A stretch of DNA of 64,000 nt from Minisyncoccota bacterium (GTDB taxonomy: Bacteria; Patescibacteriota; Microgenomatia; UBA1400; PJMF01), in NCBI GenBank assembly GCA_003173865.1, contig PJMF01000016.1, positions 17,347 through 81,346 on the forward strand, read 5' to 3'. Below the pieces are notes generated by a model. The model did not search any database, was not told where the DNA came from, and saw nothing but the letters and a program-made list of their open reading frames with translations. Within the stretch, counting starts at the first letter, position 1; the number at the start of each line of letters is the position of its first letter. Below are positions 1-9,574 of this stretch, in pieces. The translations under genes were made by a program, and so were the position numbers.

Positions 1-35
1 CACGCATTAAACTTACTTTATGGTATCTCGTCATC

Positions 36-1031
36 TTGACGATTGTGAGTGTAATTTTCAGTTTAGCAATTTTTCGAGTTATATCTGTAGAGCTTGATCG
101 TTTTGAACATGGACAAAGAGTACGCTTAGAAATGCAGTTGAAATCGGGTGACTTGCGTTCGTCACAACAACGTCCCTTCGTTGATCCGTCATTTTTTGAT
201 GAGCTCCGTGAGAGAGTAGCCTTAATCTTAATAGGAATCAATGTTGGCATTGTGGTGGTAGCTGGAGGTTTAAGTTACTTTTTAGCTGGAAAGACACTAC
301 AACCCATTCAAGAAATGGTCGAAGATCAACGTCGATTCATCAGTGATGCATCACATGAATTTCGCACTCCATTGACCGCCTTGAAAAGTTCGATTGAAGT
401 GAACTTAAGGGATGAAAAACTTTCTCTTAAAGAGGCCCGAGAACTCTTGGAAAGTAATTTAGAAGAAGTCAATGAGTTACAAGTGTTATCAGATGCTCTT
501 CTGGAATTAACAAGTTACGAAAAACCCAATCATTCTTATCATCTTGAAAACATCTCTCTTTCTGACGCTATTGAGTGCGCGATGAAGAAAATGGTTCCGC
601 TGGCAAAACAGAAACACATTGAGTTGAAGAAAGAAGTTGACGAAGCCCAAATCACTGGAGATGAAAAATCGCTCTGTGAGTTATTTATTATCTTGATTGA
701 TAACGCGATCAAGTACAGCCCTGAGTATAGTGTGATTGAAGTTATCACTAAATCGAAAGACGGGCTGCTCACCATCTGGATTAAAGACCAAGGGATGGGA
801 ATTGAACAAAAAGATTTACCTCGTATTTTTGATCGTTTTTACCGCGCTGATAAATCACGTACGAAAGATAAAGTTGATGGGTACGGTTTAGGCTTAGCGA
901 TTGCGCAGCGAATTGTGGGACGACATCATGGCAGTATTCAAGTTGCTGAGACCAGTAACAAAGGCACCACCTTTCAGGTGAATTTACCTATATTAAATAA
1001 GGAAGGAGTTCATGGTTTCCGAGAGACTTGA
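36..1031 (+). CDS. sensor histidine kinase (HisKA + HATPase_c); probably 5'-partial because the reading frame is open back to the window edge and the track start is TTG
   Basis: H-box SDASHEFRTPLTAL, N-box DNAIKYS, G-boxes DQGMGI and GYGLGLAIAQRIV. A TM helix lies upstream of the HisKA domain. The stop overlaps the start of the next gene. Confidence 0.8.
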   Translation: MTIVSVIFSLAIFRVISVELDRFEHGQRVRLEMQLKSGDLRSSQQRPFVDPSFFDELRERVALILIGINVGIVVVAGGLSYFLAGKTLQPIQEMVEDQRRFISDASHEFRTPLTALKSSIEVNLRDEKLSLKEARELLESNLEEVNELQVLSDALLELTSYEKPNHSYHLENISLSDAIECAMKKMVPLAKQKHIELKKEVDEAQITGDEKSLCELFIILIDNAIKYSPEYSVIEVITKSKDGLLTIWIKDQGMGIEQKDLPRIFDRFYRADKSRTKDKVDGYGLGLAIAQRIVGRHHGSIQVAETSNKGTTFQVNLPILNKEGVHGFRET

Positions 1032-2334
1032 GAGCTGTAAGCTATTTCTCAGTTTTATTTTATACAATACTCAAATGAAGAAAAAAATATTGATCAGTCT
1101 GATTATTCTAGTGATTATTGGATTTGGTGCATATCGATTATTTGCAACGAATACCAAGAAAGTTCAGTATCAAACAGCTCAAGTTACAAAAGGTACTCTT
1201 CTCACGACAGTCAGTGAAAGTGGAAACGTGACTTCAGGAGGACAAGCAGGTATTGGTTCTCCGACCACCGGTATTATTCAAGATATTTATGTCAAAGATG
1301 GTGACCAAGTCAAACAAGGACAAAATTTATTTAAAGTGGTGAGCACTGCAACGGCGCAAGAAAAAGCAAGTGCTTTGGCCAGTTATTTGTCGGCAAAATC
1401 TGCACTAAACAATGCGAATGCTGCTCTTTTTTCGTTACAGTCAACGATGTTTAACAAGTGGCAGATATATATGAATACGGCAACGAACGCGACGTATCAA
1501 AATGCTGACTTGACCGCAAATACACAGAATAGAACTCAAACTCCCTTTGAAATTGCTCAAGATGATTGGCTCGCAACTGAGGCACAGTATAAAAATCAAC
1601 AGACTGTTATTTCGCAAGCTCAAGCCGCTGAAAATAATGCATTACTCGCGTATAAAGCAACCCAAACGGCCGTAGTTACTGCACCATTTAGTGGCACAGT
1701 GGCTAACTTAACAGTTCGGGCTGGTGATCAAATTACGGCGAGTGGCGGTAATTTAAGTAGTAATGTTTCTTCAACGACCGCAACAAATGCCGTTCTTTAT
1801 ATTGGAAGTTACTCAAAACCATACATTAAAGTTCAAGCAGGTGAAGTTGATGTGCCTCATATCCATGCGGGTCAAAAGGCCACGATTACCTTAGATGCGT
1901 TTCCAAATAAAACATTTGTAGGAAATGTTGATCAAGTAGATACCACTGGTGCAATTAGCTCAGGAGTCGTGACATATAATGTGTTCGTTTCAATCGTCGC
2001 TCCTGATCCAAGTATTTTGCCTGGTATGTCTGCGTCAGTCACTATTCAAACCAATCGCAAAGACGACGTGTTGTCAGTTCCTTCGAGTGCTATTCAAATA
2101 ACCAATGGTCAAACATCTGTCCAGGTCATGAAGAACGGAAAGGTTTCATCCGTAAATGTTACAACTGGTTTAGTTTCAGATACTGATACTGAAATTACTT
2201 CTGGTCTTTCTGAAGGTGACACGGTGGTAACTGGTACGGTGAATGCTGCTACGCAAGCAACTGGGACATCTCCCTTTGCACGTAGCCTCGGTGGTTTTGG
2301 AGGTGGTGGTGGAATCAGACGGGGAGGAGGCTAA
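1012..2334 (+). CDS. HlyD-family periplasmic adaptor (membrane fusion protein) of a MacAB-like efflux pump
   Basis: Strong SD (GGAAGGAG) 5 nt upstream of ATG 1012. N-terminal TM anchor, a coiled-coil/beta-barrel-like middle region typical of MFPs, and a Gly-rich C-terminus. Followed directly by an ABC ATPase and an FtsX permease. Confidence 0.8.
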   Translation: MVSERLESCKLFLSFILYNTQMKKKILISLIILVIIGFGAYRLFATNTKKVQYQTAQVTKGTLLTTVSESGNVTSGGQAGIGSPTTGIIQDIYVKDGDQVKQGQNLFKVVSTATAQEKASALASYLSAKSALNNANAALFSLQSTMFNKWQIYMNTATNATYQNADLTANTQNRTQTPFEIAQDDWLATEAQYKNQQTVISQAQAAENNALLAYKATQTAVVTAPFSGTVANLTVRAGDQITASGGNLSSNVSSTTATNAVLYIGSYSKPYIKVQAGEVDVPHIHAGQKATITLDAFPNKTFVGNVDQVDTTGAISSGVVTYNVFVSIVAPDPSILPGMSASVTIQTNRKDDVLSVPSSAIQITNGQTSVQVMKNGKVSSVNVTTGLVSDTDTEITSGLSEGDTVVTGTVNAATQATGTSPFARSLGGFGGGGGIRRGGG

Positions 2335-2342
2335 GCTTAGCC

Positions 2343-3071
2343 ATGAAATCAGATACTATTATTAGCGTATCGCATATTTCCAAGATTTATCGGTCCGAAG
2401 AAATGGAAACAATTGCACTTGATGATATTTCTTTCACGATTGAAAAAGGTGAGTTTGTAGCCATTATGGGTCCATCCGGATCTGGAAAATCAACGCTAAT
2501 GCATATTTTGGGTGCGCTCGATTTGCCAACAAGCGGTGAATACATTTTAGATGGCAAAAAAGTTTCCGAACTTTCAGATGATGATTTAGCAGATATTCGT
2601 AATCAAAAAATTGGTTTTATTTTTCAAGCGTTTAATTTGTTACCACGTACTACTACCATGGAAAATGTGATGCTCCCGATGGTCTATGCTAGTATTCCCA
2701 AAGCAGATCGAGAAGCGAGAGCCAAAAAATATTTAGAAATGGTCGGCCTTGGTCATCGCTTGCACCATACTTCAAATCAAATTTCTGGTGGGCAACAGCA
2801 ACGCGTCGCGATCGCGCGCGGTTTAGCGATGAATCCAGCAATTCTGCTTGCAGATGAACCAACTGGAAATATTGCCTCAAATCAAGCTGAAGAGATTATG
2901 GGTATCTTTCAACACTTAAACGATGAAGGTCACACAGTGGTGATGATTACACATGAACCAGATATTGCAGCTCATGCCAAACGCACAATTCATGTGCGCG
3001 ATGGCAAAGTTGTTTCTGATGAAAAAAATAAACGTCAACATAGAGCAAAGTATGAACAGGTAGAACAATAA
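2343..3071 (+). CDS. ABC transporter ATP-binding protein (MacB/LolD-type)
   Basis: Walker A GPSGSGKST, ABC signature LSGGQQQRVAIARAL, Walker B LLADEPTG, H-loop ITHE. SD GGAGG upstream. Confidence 0.9.
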   Translation: MKSDTIISVSHISKIYRSEEMETIALDDISFTIEKGEFVAIMGPSGSGKSTLMHILGALDLPTSGEYILDGKKVSELSDDDLADIRNQKIGFIFQAFNLLPRTTTMENVMLPMVYASIPKADREARAKKYLEMVGLGHRLHHTSNQISGGQQQRVAIARGLAMNPAILLADEPTGNIASNQAEEIMGIFQHLNDEGHTVVMITHEPDIAAHAKRTIHVRDGKVVSDEKNKRQHRAKYEQVEQ

Positions 3072-3074
3072 ACT

Positions 3075-4298
3075 ATGGATTTTTTTGAACTTTTTAACCA
3101 ATCTATCAAAGCACTTTCGCTCAATAAGTTGCGAACTGGTTTAGCGACGTTGGGTATCGTAATTGGTATTGGAAGTGTGATTACACTGGTGTCTTTGGGT
3201 GAAGCGAGCCAACAATCAATTCAAAATAATATTCAGTCGTTGGGTGCCAATCTGCTCACTGTGAGTCCGGGATCTCAACAACAAGGAGGAGTTCGAAGTG
3301 CTGCAGGGAGTAGTCAGACATTAACAAATGATGATGCCGCGGCAATTAAAAGTGCTCCTCAAATTACCACTGTCAGTGCAGTTTCACCCGAAATTGATCA
3401 ACGGGCTCAGGTTTCTGCAGGTCGCAATAACTCAAACATTCGCATTAACGGAGTAGTGTCTGCATATGCAAGCGTACATAAAGTGACAATGGATAGCGGT
3501 GTATTTATTTCTGACGAGGATAATACTGCTGGTCGGAAGGTAATTGTTCTTGGTCCCCAAGTTGCTTCTGATTTATTTCCTAATGGAGTAAGTTCCATTG
3601 GTCAATCGGTACGAATTAAAGGAACAGCGTTTCAAGTTATTGGTGTGACTGTCTCGAAGGGTGGTACAGGTTTCTTAAATCAAGATAACGTCGCATATAT
3701 TCCTTTAAGTACAGCGCAAAAACAGGTGTTCGGTCAATCATACTTAAGTGATATTTCATTAGAAGCTAAAACTTCTGACGTGATGACGCAAGCGCAGAAT
3801 GAAGTGGGATATTTACTGCTTGCGCGGCATAAACTCTCTGATCCCGCAAGAGCAGATTTTAGTATTTTGTCACAAGCGGATATTTTAAGTACGGCATCTT
3901 CGACGACTGGAACTTTTACAGCATTGCTCGCCGGTATTGCAGGTATTTCTTTACTCGTGGGTGGCATCGGCATTATGAACATCATGTTAATGTCCGTGAC
4001 TGAACGGACTCGTGAAATTGGTTTGCGTAAAGCACTGGGCGCGAAAAAGAAAACAATCATTACACAGTTTTTATTTGAGTCGATTATTTTGACGTTCACA
4101 GGTGGATTGATCGGAATTTTCCTCGGTATTATTGCGTCGTATATATACTCGTATATGACAGCATCGCTGTTTGTTCTCTCGTTTTCGTCAATTTTGATTG
4201 CATTTGTGGTGTCAGCCGCAATTGGCATTATTTTCGGATGGTATCCCGCTTCCAGAGCATCGAATTTGCAACCAATTGAAGCACTAAGATACGAGTAA
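3075..4298 (+). CDS. ABC transporter permease, MacB/FtsX family (MacB_PCD + FtsX)
   Basis: N-terminal TM, a large periplasmic domain, and a C-terminal FtsX 4-TM region (GIMNIMLMSVTERTREIGLRKALGA). Confidence 0.85.
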   Translation: MDFFELFNQSIKALSLNKLRTGLATLGIVIGIGSVITLVSLGEASQQSIQNNIQSLGANLLTVSPGSQQQGGVRSAAGSSQTLTNDDAAAIKSAPQITTVSAVSPEIDQRAQVSAGRNNSNIRINGVVSAYASVHKVTMDSGVFISDEDNTAGRKVIVLGPQVASDLFPNGVSSIGQSVRIKGTAFQVIGVTVSKGGTGFLNQDNVAYIPLSTAQKQVFGQSYLSDISLEAKTSDVMTQAQNEVGYLLLARHKLSDPARADFSILSQADILSTASSTTGTFTALLAGIAGISLLVGGIGIMNIMLMSVTERTREIGLRKALGAKKKTIITQFLFESIILTFTGGLIGIFLGIIASYIYSYMTASLFVLSFSSILIAFVVSAAIGIIFGWYPASRASNLQPIEALRYE

Positions 4299-4341
4299 TA
4301 TTTTATAAATTGTTTGCGCTCATGCGGCGCTGAAAGGTTTT

Positions 4342-4779
4342 ATGAAAAATCCTCTTCTCATCACAGTCATTGTTGCTGTGCTGGTAGGTGTGGGCGCTTT
4401 CTTTGGAGGAATGAAGTACCAAGAAAGCAAAGCCGCTGCGAATCCTGGTAATGGCCAGTTCATGCGTGGTGGCAATGGTGGCCCAGGTGGACGTCGAGGT
4501 CAAGGTGGTGGACGTGTGGTTGGTGAAATTGTTACTCAAGATGACAAATCCATCACCGTCAAAATGATGGATGGAAGCAGCAAAATCGTACTAATTTCTG
4601 GCACGACAAATATCAATAAAGCAGCTGCTGCAACTCAAGCAGATCTTAAAGTTGGTGAACGCGTAGGCGTCTTTGGGAGTGATAACTCTGATGGAAGTGT
4701 CACCGCCCAAACGATTCAGCTAAATCCCATGGAGCGCGGTCCCCAAGGTGGACAATCTCCTTCGCCTGCTGCGAAGTAA
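4342..4779 (+). CDS. secreted Gly-rich protein, DUF5666-like
   Basis: Signal/TM anchor, a GGNGGPGG linker, and repeated segments (ITVKMMDGSSKIVLIS..., LKVGERVGVF..SDGSVTAQTI) resembling the DUF5666 fold. Confidence 0.5.
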   Translation: MKNPLLITVIVAVLVGVGAFFGGMKYQESKAAANPGNGQFMRGGNGGPGGRRGQGGGRVVGEIVTQDDKSITVKMMDGSSKIVLISGTTNINKAAAATQADLKVGERVGVFGSDNSDGSVTAQTIQLNPMERGPQGGQSPSPAAK

Positions 4780-4800
4780 AGAGTAGCGTATAATTGGCTC

Positions 4801-5844
4801 ATGTTTCGAGTAAAATTACTGCTAGTTGCTGGAGTAGGTGTGCTATTCAGTGCGTTTTTAGTAATCGCATTTCGTCAGCAGCTGCAAAATGCTTTTTTTG
4901 CGAACCTAAGCCGATTTGGAACTGCTCAGCTTCATTTACAAGTTGTGCAAGATGTCCCTCTGACGGGGACTGCATCTCGTTTTGATTATCAAGCAGTGGA
5001 TGCCGAGCATCATCGTCTCTATATTGCTCATGAAAATGATGACCGAGTGACTGTCGTTGATACGCAAGAACGCAGAGTCATTGGCGACGTCACGGATATC
5101 GCGTATCCACACGGAGTAATTTTGATTCCACAACTCAAAAGAGTGTACGCAACCGCCGAAGGAACGAATGAAGTTGTCGTCTTTGATGCGGAAACATTAA
5201 AAATACTCAATCGAGTGGCAATCGGCAAAATTCCTGATGGTTTGACGTATGATCCAAACTCAAATCAGATTTTTGTTTCAACTGAAGGTGAAGACGCGGT
5301 TTCGGTAATGAATGTGGCAACGAATAAATTTGTGACCAGAATTCCAGTTGGTAAGCGGGTAGGGAATTCGCACTATGATGATGTCTCTAAACACGTTTTT
5401 ACAACAGTAGGAAATGAAAATGCATTGGTTGAGATAGATCCTGTGCACAATCAAATGATTGGAAAGTATGATATGACTGGATGCGACCATCCGCACGGAT
5501 TTGCGATTGCGTCGTTCAATCATACGGCGTATGTAACATGTGAACACAATAACGTGATGCTCGTCTTCGATTTAAACTCGAAAAAAATTCTTCAAAAAGA
5601 GTCGGTAGGTTTCACACCAGATGTAGTGGATTTCGATCCAGGAACCAAAAAACTTTACGTGGGTTCGGAGAGTGGTATCGTGGCGATTTTCGAAGCCAGC
5701 GATACAGGCGTGAAAAAGTTAGGGTGGAACTTTCTTGTCCGGCATGCACATTCAGTTGCAGTGAACCCGATGACTCATGAACTCTACGTGCCCGTAGATG
5801 ACTTGGATGGAAAGCCCGCGCTGAGAATTTTCAAACCGCTATAA
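4801..5844 (+). CDS. YVTN/YncE-like beta-propeller repeat protein, membrane anchored
   Basis: N-terminal TM helix. Repeated roughly 40 aa units with YxTxxGxxxVxVxD signatures (YATAEGTNEVVVFDAETLK, IFVSTEGEDAVSVMNVATNK). Confidence 0.65.
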   Translation: MFRVKLLLVAGVGVLFSAFLVIAFRQQLQNAFFANLSRFGTAQLHLQVVQDVPLTGTASRFDYQAVDAEHHRLYIAHENDDRVTVVDTQERRVIGDVTDIAYPHGVILIPQLKRVYATAEGTNEVVVFDAETLKILNRVAIGKIPDGLTYDPNSNQIFVSTEGEDAVSVMNVATNKFVTRIPVGKRVGNSHYDDVSKHVFTTVGNENALVEIDPVHNQMIGKYDMTGCDHPHGFAIASFNHTAYVTCEHNNVMLVFDLNSKKILQKESVGFTPDVVDFDPGTKKLYVGSESGIVAIFEASDTGVKKLGWNFLVRHAHSVAVNPMTHELYVPVDDLDGKPALRIFKPL

Positions 5845-5850
5845 AATCTA

Positions 5851-7086
5851 TTAATCAACAAAAGTCAAAGCAACCCCTTTTTTATTTGCGCGACCAGTAC
5901 GGCCAATACGATGGGTGTAGTCTTCAAATGTTTCAGGCAGATCGTAGTTGATGACGTGCGTGACTCTATCGATGTCTAAGCCACGGGACGCAACGTCTGT
6001 TGCCAGTAAAATGCTGACGCGATTGCGTTTAAAGTCATCGATGGCGCGTTGGCGTTGGCCTTGCGATTTGTTGCCGTGAATGACTGCTAGGCGGAAACCG
6101 CGTCTGTCTAATGCATCGGCTAATCTTTCTACGCCGCGTTTAGTGCGTAAGAAGATCAACACTTTTTCAAAACCTTCTTGTTTTAATAAATCTTGGAGCA
6201 CTGTGACTTTGTCGCGACCGGCAATTCGGACGACATCTTGGTCGACGTTGTCAGAAGTGGGGCGTGTTTTGACCGAGATTGAGATAGGATTATGTAAAAA
6301 GCTTTTCATCAAACGTTGTGCTTCATCTGGCAGAGTCGCTGAGAAAAACAACGATTGACGAGTCTTTGGAAGTAACGCAGTGATGTACTTGACTTCATGA
6401 ATAAAACCCATGTCAAGCATCTGGTCAACTTCATCAAGCACAATATTATTGTAGTGGGCAAAGTTCAACGCATGTTGACGTTCAAGATCGCGCAAACGAC
6501 CAGGAGTACCAATCACGAAGTTTGGTCGACGTCTCATTTTCTCAATTTGGCCAAACATGCCCATGCCACCAATACACACTGCAGCATGCATACTCATGTT
6601 TTGCGCAAAGTGACGAAATTCTTGTTCAATTTGAACAGCTAACTCGCGAGTCGGGCAGATAATCAAGACTCGTTGATTCCGATCAAGAAAAACTTTGTTA
6701 ATTAACGGAATCAAAAAAGCTGCTGTCTTACCAGTACCCGTATTTGCCACCCCAACCATATCTCTGCCTTCTAAAAGTTGTGGAATTGCTTGGTCCTGAA
6801 TAGGTGTGGGGGCCTTGTAGCCGTGAACGGCAATATTATGTTTCAGTTGGTCAACTAAATTGAAGTCGGCAAACATGTTTTTTGGTACGAAAATTTCTTG
6901 GGGAACATCAACTGCTCGGCGAATAAACAAACGTGAATCCAGTGGTCTTGGCTGGCGACGCATTGGTCGGTAGGCGTGATAGCCTCTGCCACGTGGTCCT
7001 TGCCCACCGCGGGAGGCGCCATACGAAGGTCGACTACCACCATGAGAAGATCGTTGAGAAAATGAACGAGATGACTGTTGCTGCAT
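5851..7086 (-). CDS. DEAD-box ATP-dependent RNA helicase with an N-terminal RG-rich tail
   Basis: Q-motif, Walker A ANTGTGKTAAF, motif II as DEVD (in LDEVDQMLDMGF), SAT, HRIGRTGRA. Arg/Gly-rich N-terminus. Confidence 0.9.
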   Translation of the reverse strand: MQQQSSRSFSQRSSHGGSRPSYGASRGGQGPRGRGYHAYRPMRRQPRPLDSRLFIRRAVDVPQEIFVPKNMFADFNLVDQLKHNIAVHGYKAPTPIQDQAIPQLLEGRDMVGVANTGTGKTAAFLIPLINKVFLDRNQRVLIICPTRELAVQIEQEFRHFAQNMSMHAAVCIGGMGMFGQIEKMRRRPNFVIGTPGRLRDLERQHALNFAHYNNIVLDEVDQMLDMGFIHEVKYITALLPKTRQSLFFSATLPDEAQRLMKSFLHNPISISVKTRPTSDNVDQDVVRIAGRDKVTVLQDLLKQEGFEKVLIFLRTKRGVERLADALDRRGFRLAVIHGNKSQGQRQRAIDDFKRNRVSILLATDVASRGLDIDRVTHVINYDLPETFEDYTHRIGRTGRANKKGVALTFVD

Positions 7087-7155
7087 GAATAACTTTATGT
7101 ACCGTCTTGAGGAAAAAGAAGAATGTCCCGACTCTCACCCGCAAACGTAACCTGA

Positions 7156-7184
7156 ATTATACTGTACCATCAAGCAAAAAGCAA
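7156..7184 (-). promoter_or_regulatory. candidate sigma70-type promoter for the DEAD-box helicase gene (TTGCTT-17-TATAAT on the minus strand)
   Basis: -10 TATAAT at 7156-7161 and -35 TTGCTT at 7179-7184 (minus-strand sense), about 65 nt upstream of the start codon at 7086. Confidence 0.35.
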
Positions 7185-7218
7185 AAGTTATTGGGTTGTT
7201 GGAGGAGGAGGTTTGTTA

Positions 7219-7303
7219 GGGATTGGCTAAAAGATTCTTCTAAAATAAAATGCGCCGCGAAAAGTGCTTTAGCCAATCCCCTGACTCCGTTTGAGGAGTC
7301 AGG
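7219..7303. promoter_or_regulatory. two adjacent strong stem-loops: a 13 bp perfect inverted repeat (GGGATTGGCTAAA ... TTTAGCCAATCCC) plus a 9 bp-stem hairpin (CCTGACTCC-GTTTGA-GGAGTCAGG)
   Basis: Seen directly in the sequence. Located between the small Cys-motif gene pair and the helicase promoter. No U-tract follows on either strand. Confidence 0.4.
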
Positions 7304-7342
7304 GAAGAGGTAATTACTATGAAATGGTTAATGATGTGCAGC

Positions 7343-7585
7343 CTAGCGGCTGCACTCGATTTTCTCCGAATTCCATACTCCGCCCTGAGCGAAGCAAAAA
7401 TCCGAAGCTTGCTTGTCTAGTACGCTGCGTTGTGTTGCAACACTTACTAATGTTGCCTGAACGGTTGATAGATCCTTTCTCTCGGGACTGAACGCTATGA
7501 CTAAAAAAAGGATGACATAGAGTATCAGCAGAAAACTTATGATCCAATTAGCGGAGGCATTCCATAACTTTTTCCAGTTGCTCAT
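7343..7585 (-). CDS. small membrane-anchored protein with a conserved C-terminal Cys motif, paralog 2 of a tandem pair
   Basis: 80 aa with an N-terminal TM helix. C-terminal ...FCFAQGGVWNSEKIECSR is shared with the upstream paralog. Its start lies 9 nt after the paralog's stop. Confidence 0.5.
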   Translation of the reverse strand: MSNWKKLWNASANWIISFLLILYVILFLVIAFSPERKDLSTVQATLVSVATQRSVLDKQASDFCFAQGGVWNSEKIECSR

Positions 7586-7594
7586 TTTTGGTTT

Positions 7595-7807
7595 CTACCT
7601 ATCGCACTCAAACTTCGTTGTATTCCATTTTCCACCCTCGGTGGCGCAAAATTCTTGCGCCTCTGTTGCAACGGCCATTGCCGTTGCCTTAATTCGAGGT
7701 AGCCCGGTTAAAAAATCCTGTGGCCGCAGTTTTGCGTCCACAACAATAAACAGACTAAGAAGAATGACCCAAAACAAAAGCATTAGGATCATCGGGTTGA
7801 AGAGCAT
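7595..7807 (-). CDS. small membrane-anchored protein with a conserved C-terminal Cys motif, paralog 1 of a tandem pair
   Basis: 70 aa with an N-terminal TM helix. C-terminal ...FCATEGGKWNTTKFECDR aligns with the 7343..7585 product (pattern A.VAT...FC..GG.WN..K.EC.R). Confidence 0.5.
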   Translation of the reverse strand: MLFNPMILMLLFWVILLSLFIVVDAKLRPQDFLTGLPRIKATAMAVATEAQEFCATEGGKWNTTKFECDR

Positions 7808-7871
7808 CTACTTGAAAACAAAGCCGCGGGGCATACCCACTTTTTTATTTTTAAGCAGAATTTCGCCCGAA

Positions 7872-7900
7872 AGTATATCAAAATGTGTCCCAATAGTCAA
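7872..7900 (-). promoter_or_regulatory. candidate promoter TTGACT-17-TATACT (minus strand) for the small Cys-motif gene pair
   Basis: -35 TTGACT (rc of 7895-7900) and -10 TATACT (rc of 7872-7877) with a 17 nt spacer, between the glnA stop and the first small gene. Confidence 0.4.
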
Positions 7901-7935
7901 TTTTTATAGGACGTAAGGAGGCCTACCAACTCGCC

Positions 7936-9369
7936 CTAAAACGAATTCCACAGCGCTTGATTAGTGACCTCATGGTGAAAGATCACTTCAGATATTTTAA
8001 CTGATGTACCAAGTTCTTTTGGACTTCGATCGGCGGCAGCTTGTTTGTAGGCCGCATATTTCTCTTTATTCGAACTGCCCAGAATTTTCTCAATAAACGG
8101 ACTGGCCTTAAAGAGTTTGAGAGCATCTGTGATAGTTCCTGGTAGGAAGCGCAAACGGTCACGTTTGTTTTCAGCTTTTTCGAGCTTTTGGCCCTCTAAA
8201 CCTGTACGCAGCAACGTATAAAGCCATAAATATGGATTTGCGTCCGGAGCCACTGAGCGCACCTCAATGCGGGCCGTTTTTTCATTACCCACCGGAATGC
8301 GAATCATTGATCCGCGATCAATTGGGGATACTTTAATTTGATTTGGTGCTTCAAAGTGTGGATCTAAGCGGCGATAGGCGTTTACGCTAGAATTTAAAAT
8401 CAAACAAATTTCCGGTGCGTGATTAAGCACTCGTGAAATAAAATCCCACGCCACAGAAGACAATCCTTCTTCACCTTTGGGATCGTAAAAAATACTTTTG
8501 CCATTTTTTGACAAAGAAAAATTCGTGTGCATACCGCTGCCGTTAATACCCATGATTGGTTTGGGCAAGAATGTGGCAGTCATGCCCATTTTGTTAGCGA
8601 CTTGGCGGCAAACTAATTTATATAACTGAATTTGGTCGCACGCGCGAATCACTTCAGTATAAGAAAAATTCATCTCAAACTGCGATGGTGCAACTTCAGG
8701 GTGATCTTTTTCGTTTTTGAAGCCCATGGCACGCTGTGCTTCGGCACAGGTGTCAATAAATTGGCGCAATTTGTCCATAGGAAGTGAGTGATAATACCCA
8801 CCTGAAGTGATCAATTGGAAACCAACCTTTTCATCGAAGTGCTGCTCTGCGTTGATGCCGTCAATCAAAAATCCTTCAATTTCGGCAGAAACATAAGGAG
8901 TAATACTTTGTTTTTTCTTCATTTGGGCGATATACATTTGCAACATACCGCGAAAGTCTGATTCATACTGTTTTTTATCGCGATCCATGATGTTTGCAAA
9001 CATCACCACTTTTCCCGGTCCAAACAGATCTGAAGGAAGCCACATCATGCTTGACCAATCAACGAAAAGACGGAGGTCGGATTCACTTTGCGCAGTAAAA
9101 CCGCGAATCGAAGAGCCATCAAACGTCAGATTGTCTGCAGATTCAAGTAAATATTTTTTGTCATAATCCAACATGTGGAAGCGGCCTTCAATATCAGTAA
9201 AGCAAAGTGTGACCGCTTTGATGCGTTTTTCTTTTTCTAAGTAGGTAGTATATTCTTGGCGCAGTTTTTCAGGATCTTCAGATAGACTTCTCTCTTTTGC
9301 CTTAAGATTCATTTCTTCAAGAGTATCGTAAGGGATTTCCAAGAAGTTGCGCAGAGAAGTGCTGTCCAT
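7936..9369 (-). CDS. glnA: glutamine synthetase
   Basis: GS catalytic-domain signature KPIMGINGSGMHTNFSL. 477 aa. SD AGGAAG upstream of the ATG. Confidence 0.9.
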   Translation of the reverse strand: MDSTSLRNFLEIPYDTLEEMNLKAKERSLSEDPEKLRQEYTTYLEKEKRIKAVTLCFTDIEGRFHMLDYDKKYLLESADNLTFDGSSIRGFTAQSESDLRLFVDWSSMMWLPSDLFGPGKVVMFANIMDRDKKQYESDFRGMLQMYIAQMKKKQSITPYVSAEIEGFLIDGINAEQHFDEKVGFQLITSGGYYHSLPMDKLRQFIDTCAEAQRAMGFKNEKDHPEVAPSQFEMNFSYTEVIRACDQIQLYKLVCRQVANKMGMTATFLPKPIMGINGSGMHTNFSLSKNGKSIFYDPKGEEGLSSVAWDFISRVLNHAPEICLILNSSVNAYRRLDPHFEAPNQIKVSPIDRGSMIRIPVGNEKTARIEVRSVAPDANPYLWLYTLLRTGLEGQKLEKAENKRDRLRFLPGTITDALKLFKASPFIEKILGSSNKEKYAAYKQAAADRSPKELGTSVKISEVIFHHEVTNQALWNSF

Positions 9370-9574
9370 ATGCTTCCTATATAATAATTTTTATTCGAAA
9401 TATATTAATTTATAAACAAAATATAGTAAATAAGTAAAATACTATCCCGATTTCAGTTGGTGGTGGTTAAGCAATTTGTGTTTGAACTGACACTGATATG
9501 AAATCCTCATATCTCCTCAAGATAAGTTCTTCAAGTTCTGAACACATTTCACAAATGGGCTTCATCCTGATAAC

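Noticed and set aside
3734-4228. 164 aa minus-strand ORF inside the FtsX permease gene, plus many similar 60 to 120 aa antisense ORFs inside rpoB, rpoC, glnA, the ABC exporter and others
   Set aside because: They lie entirely within strongly supported genes on the opposite strand or in an alternate frame, and have no motifs or translation signals. They are treated as spurious shadow ORFs.
4299-4341. Short GC-rich palindrome GCGCTCATGCGGCGC before the DUF5666-like gene
   Set aside because: It is too short and imperfect to call a terminator or operator. It probably just sits in the RBS region.
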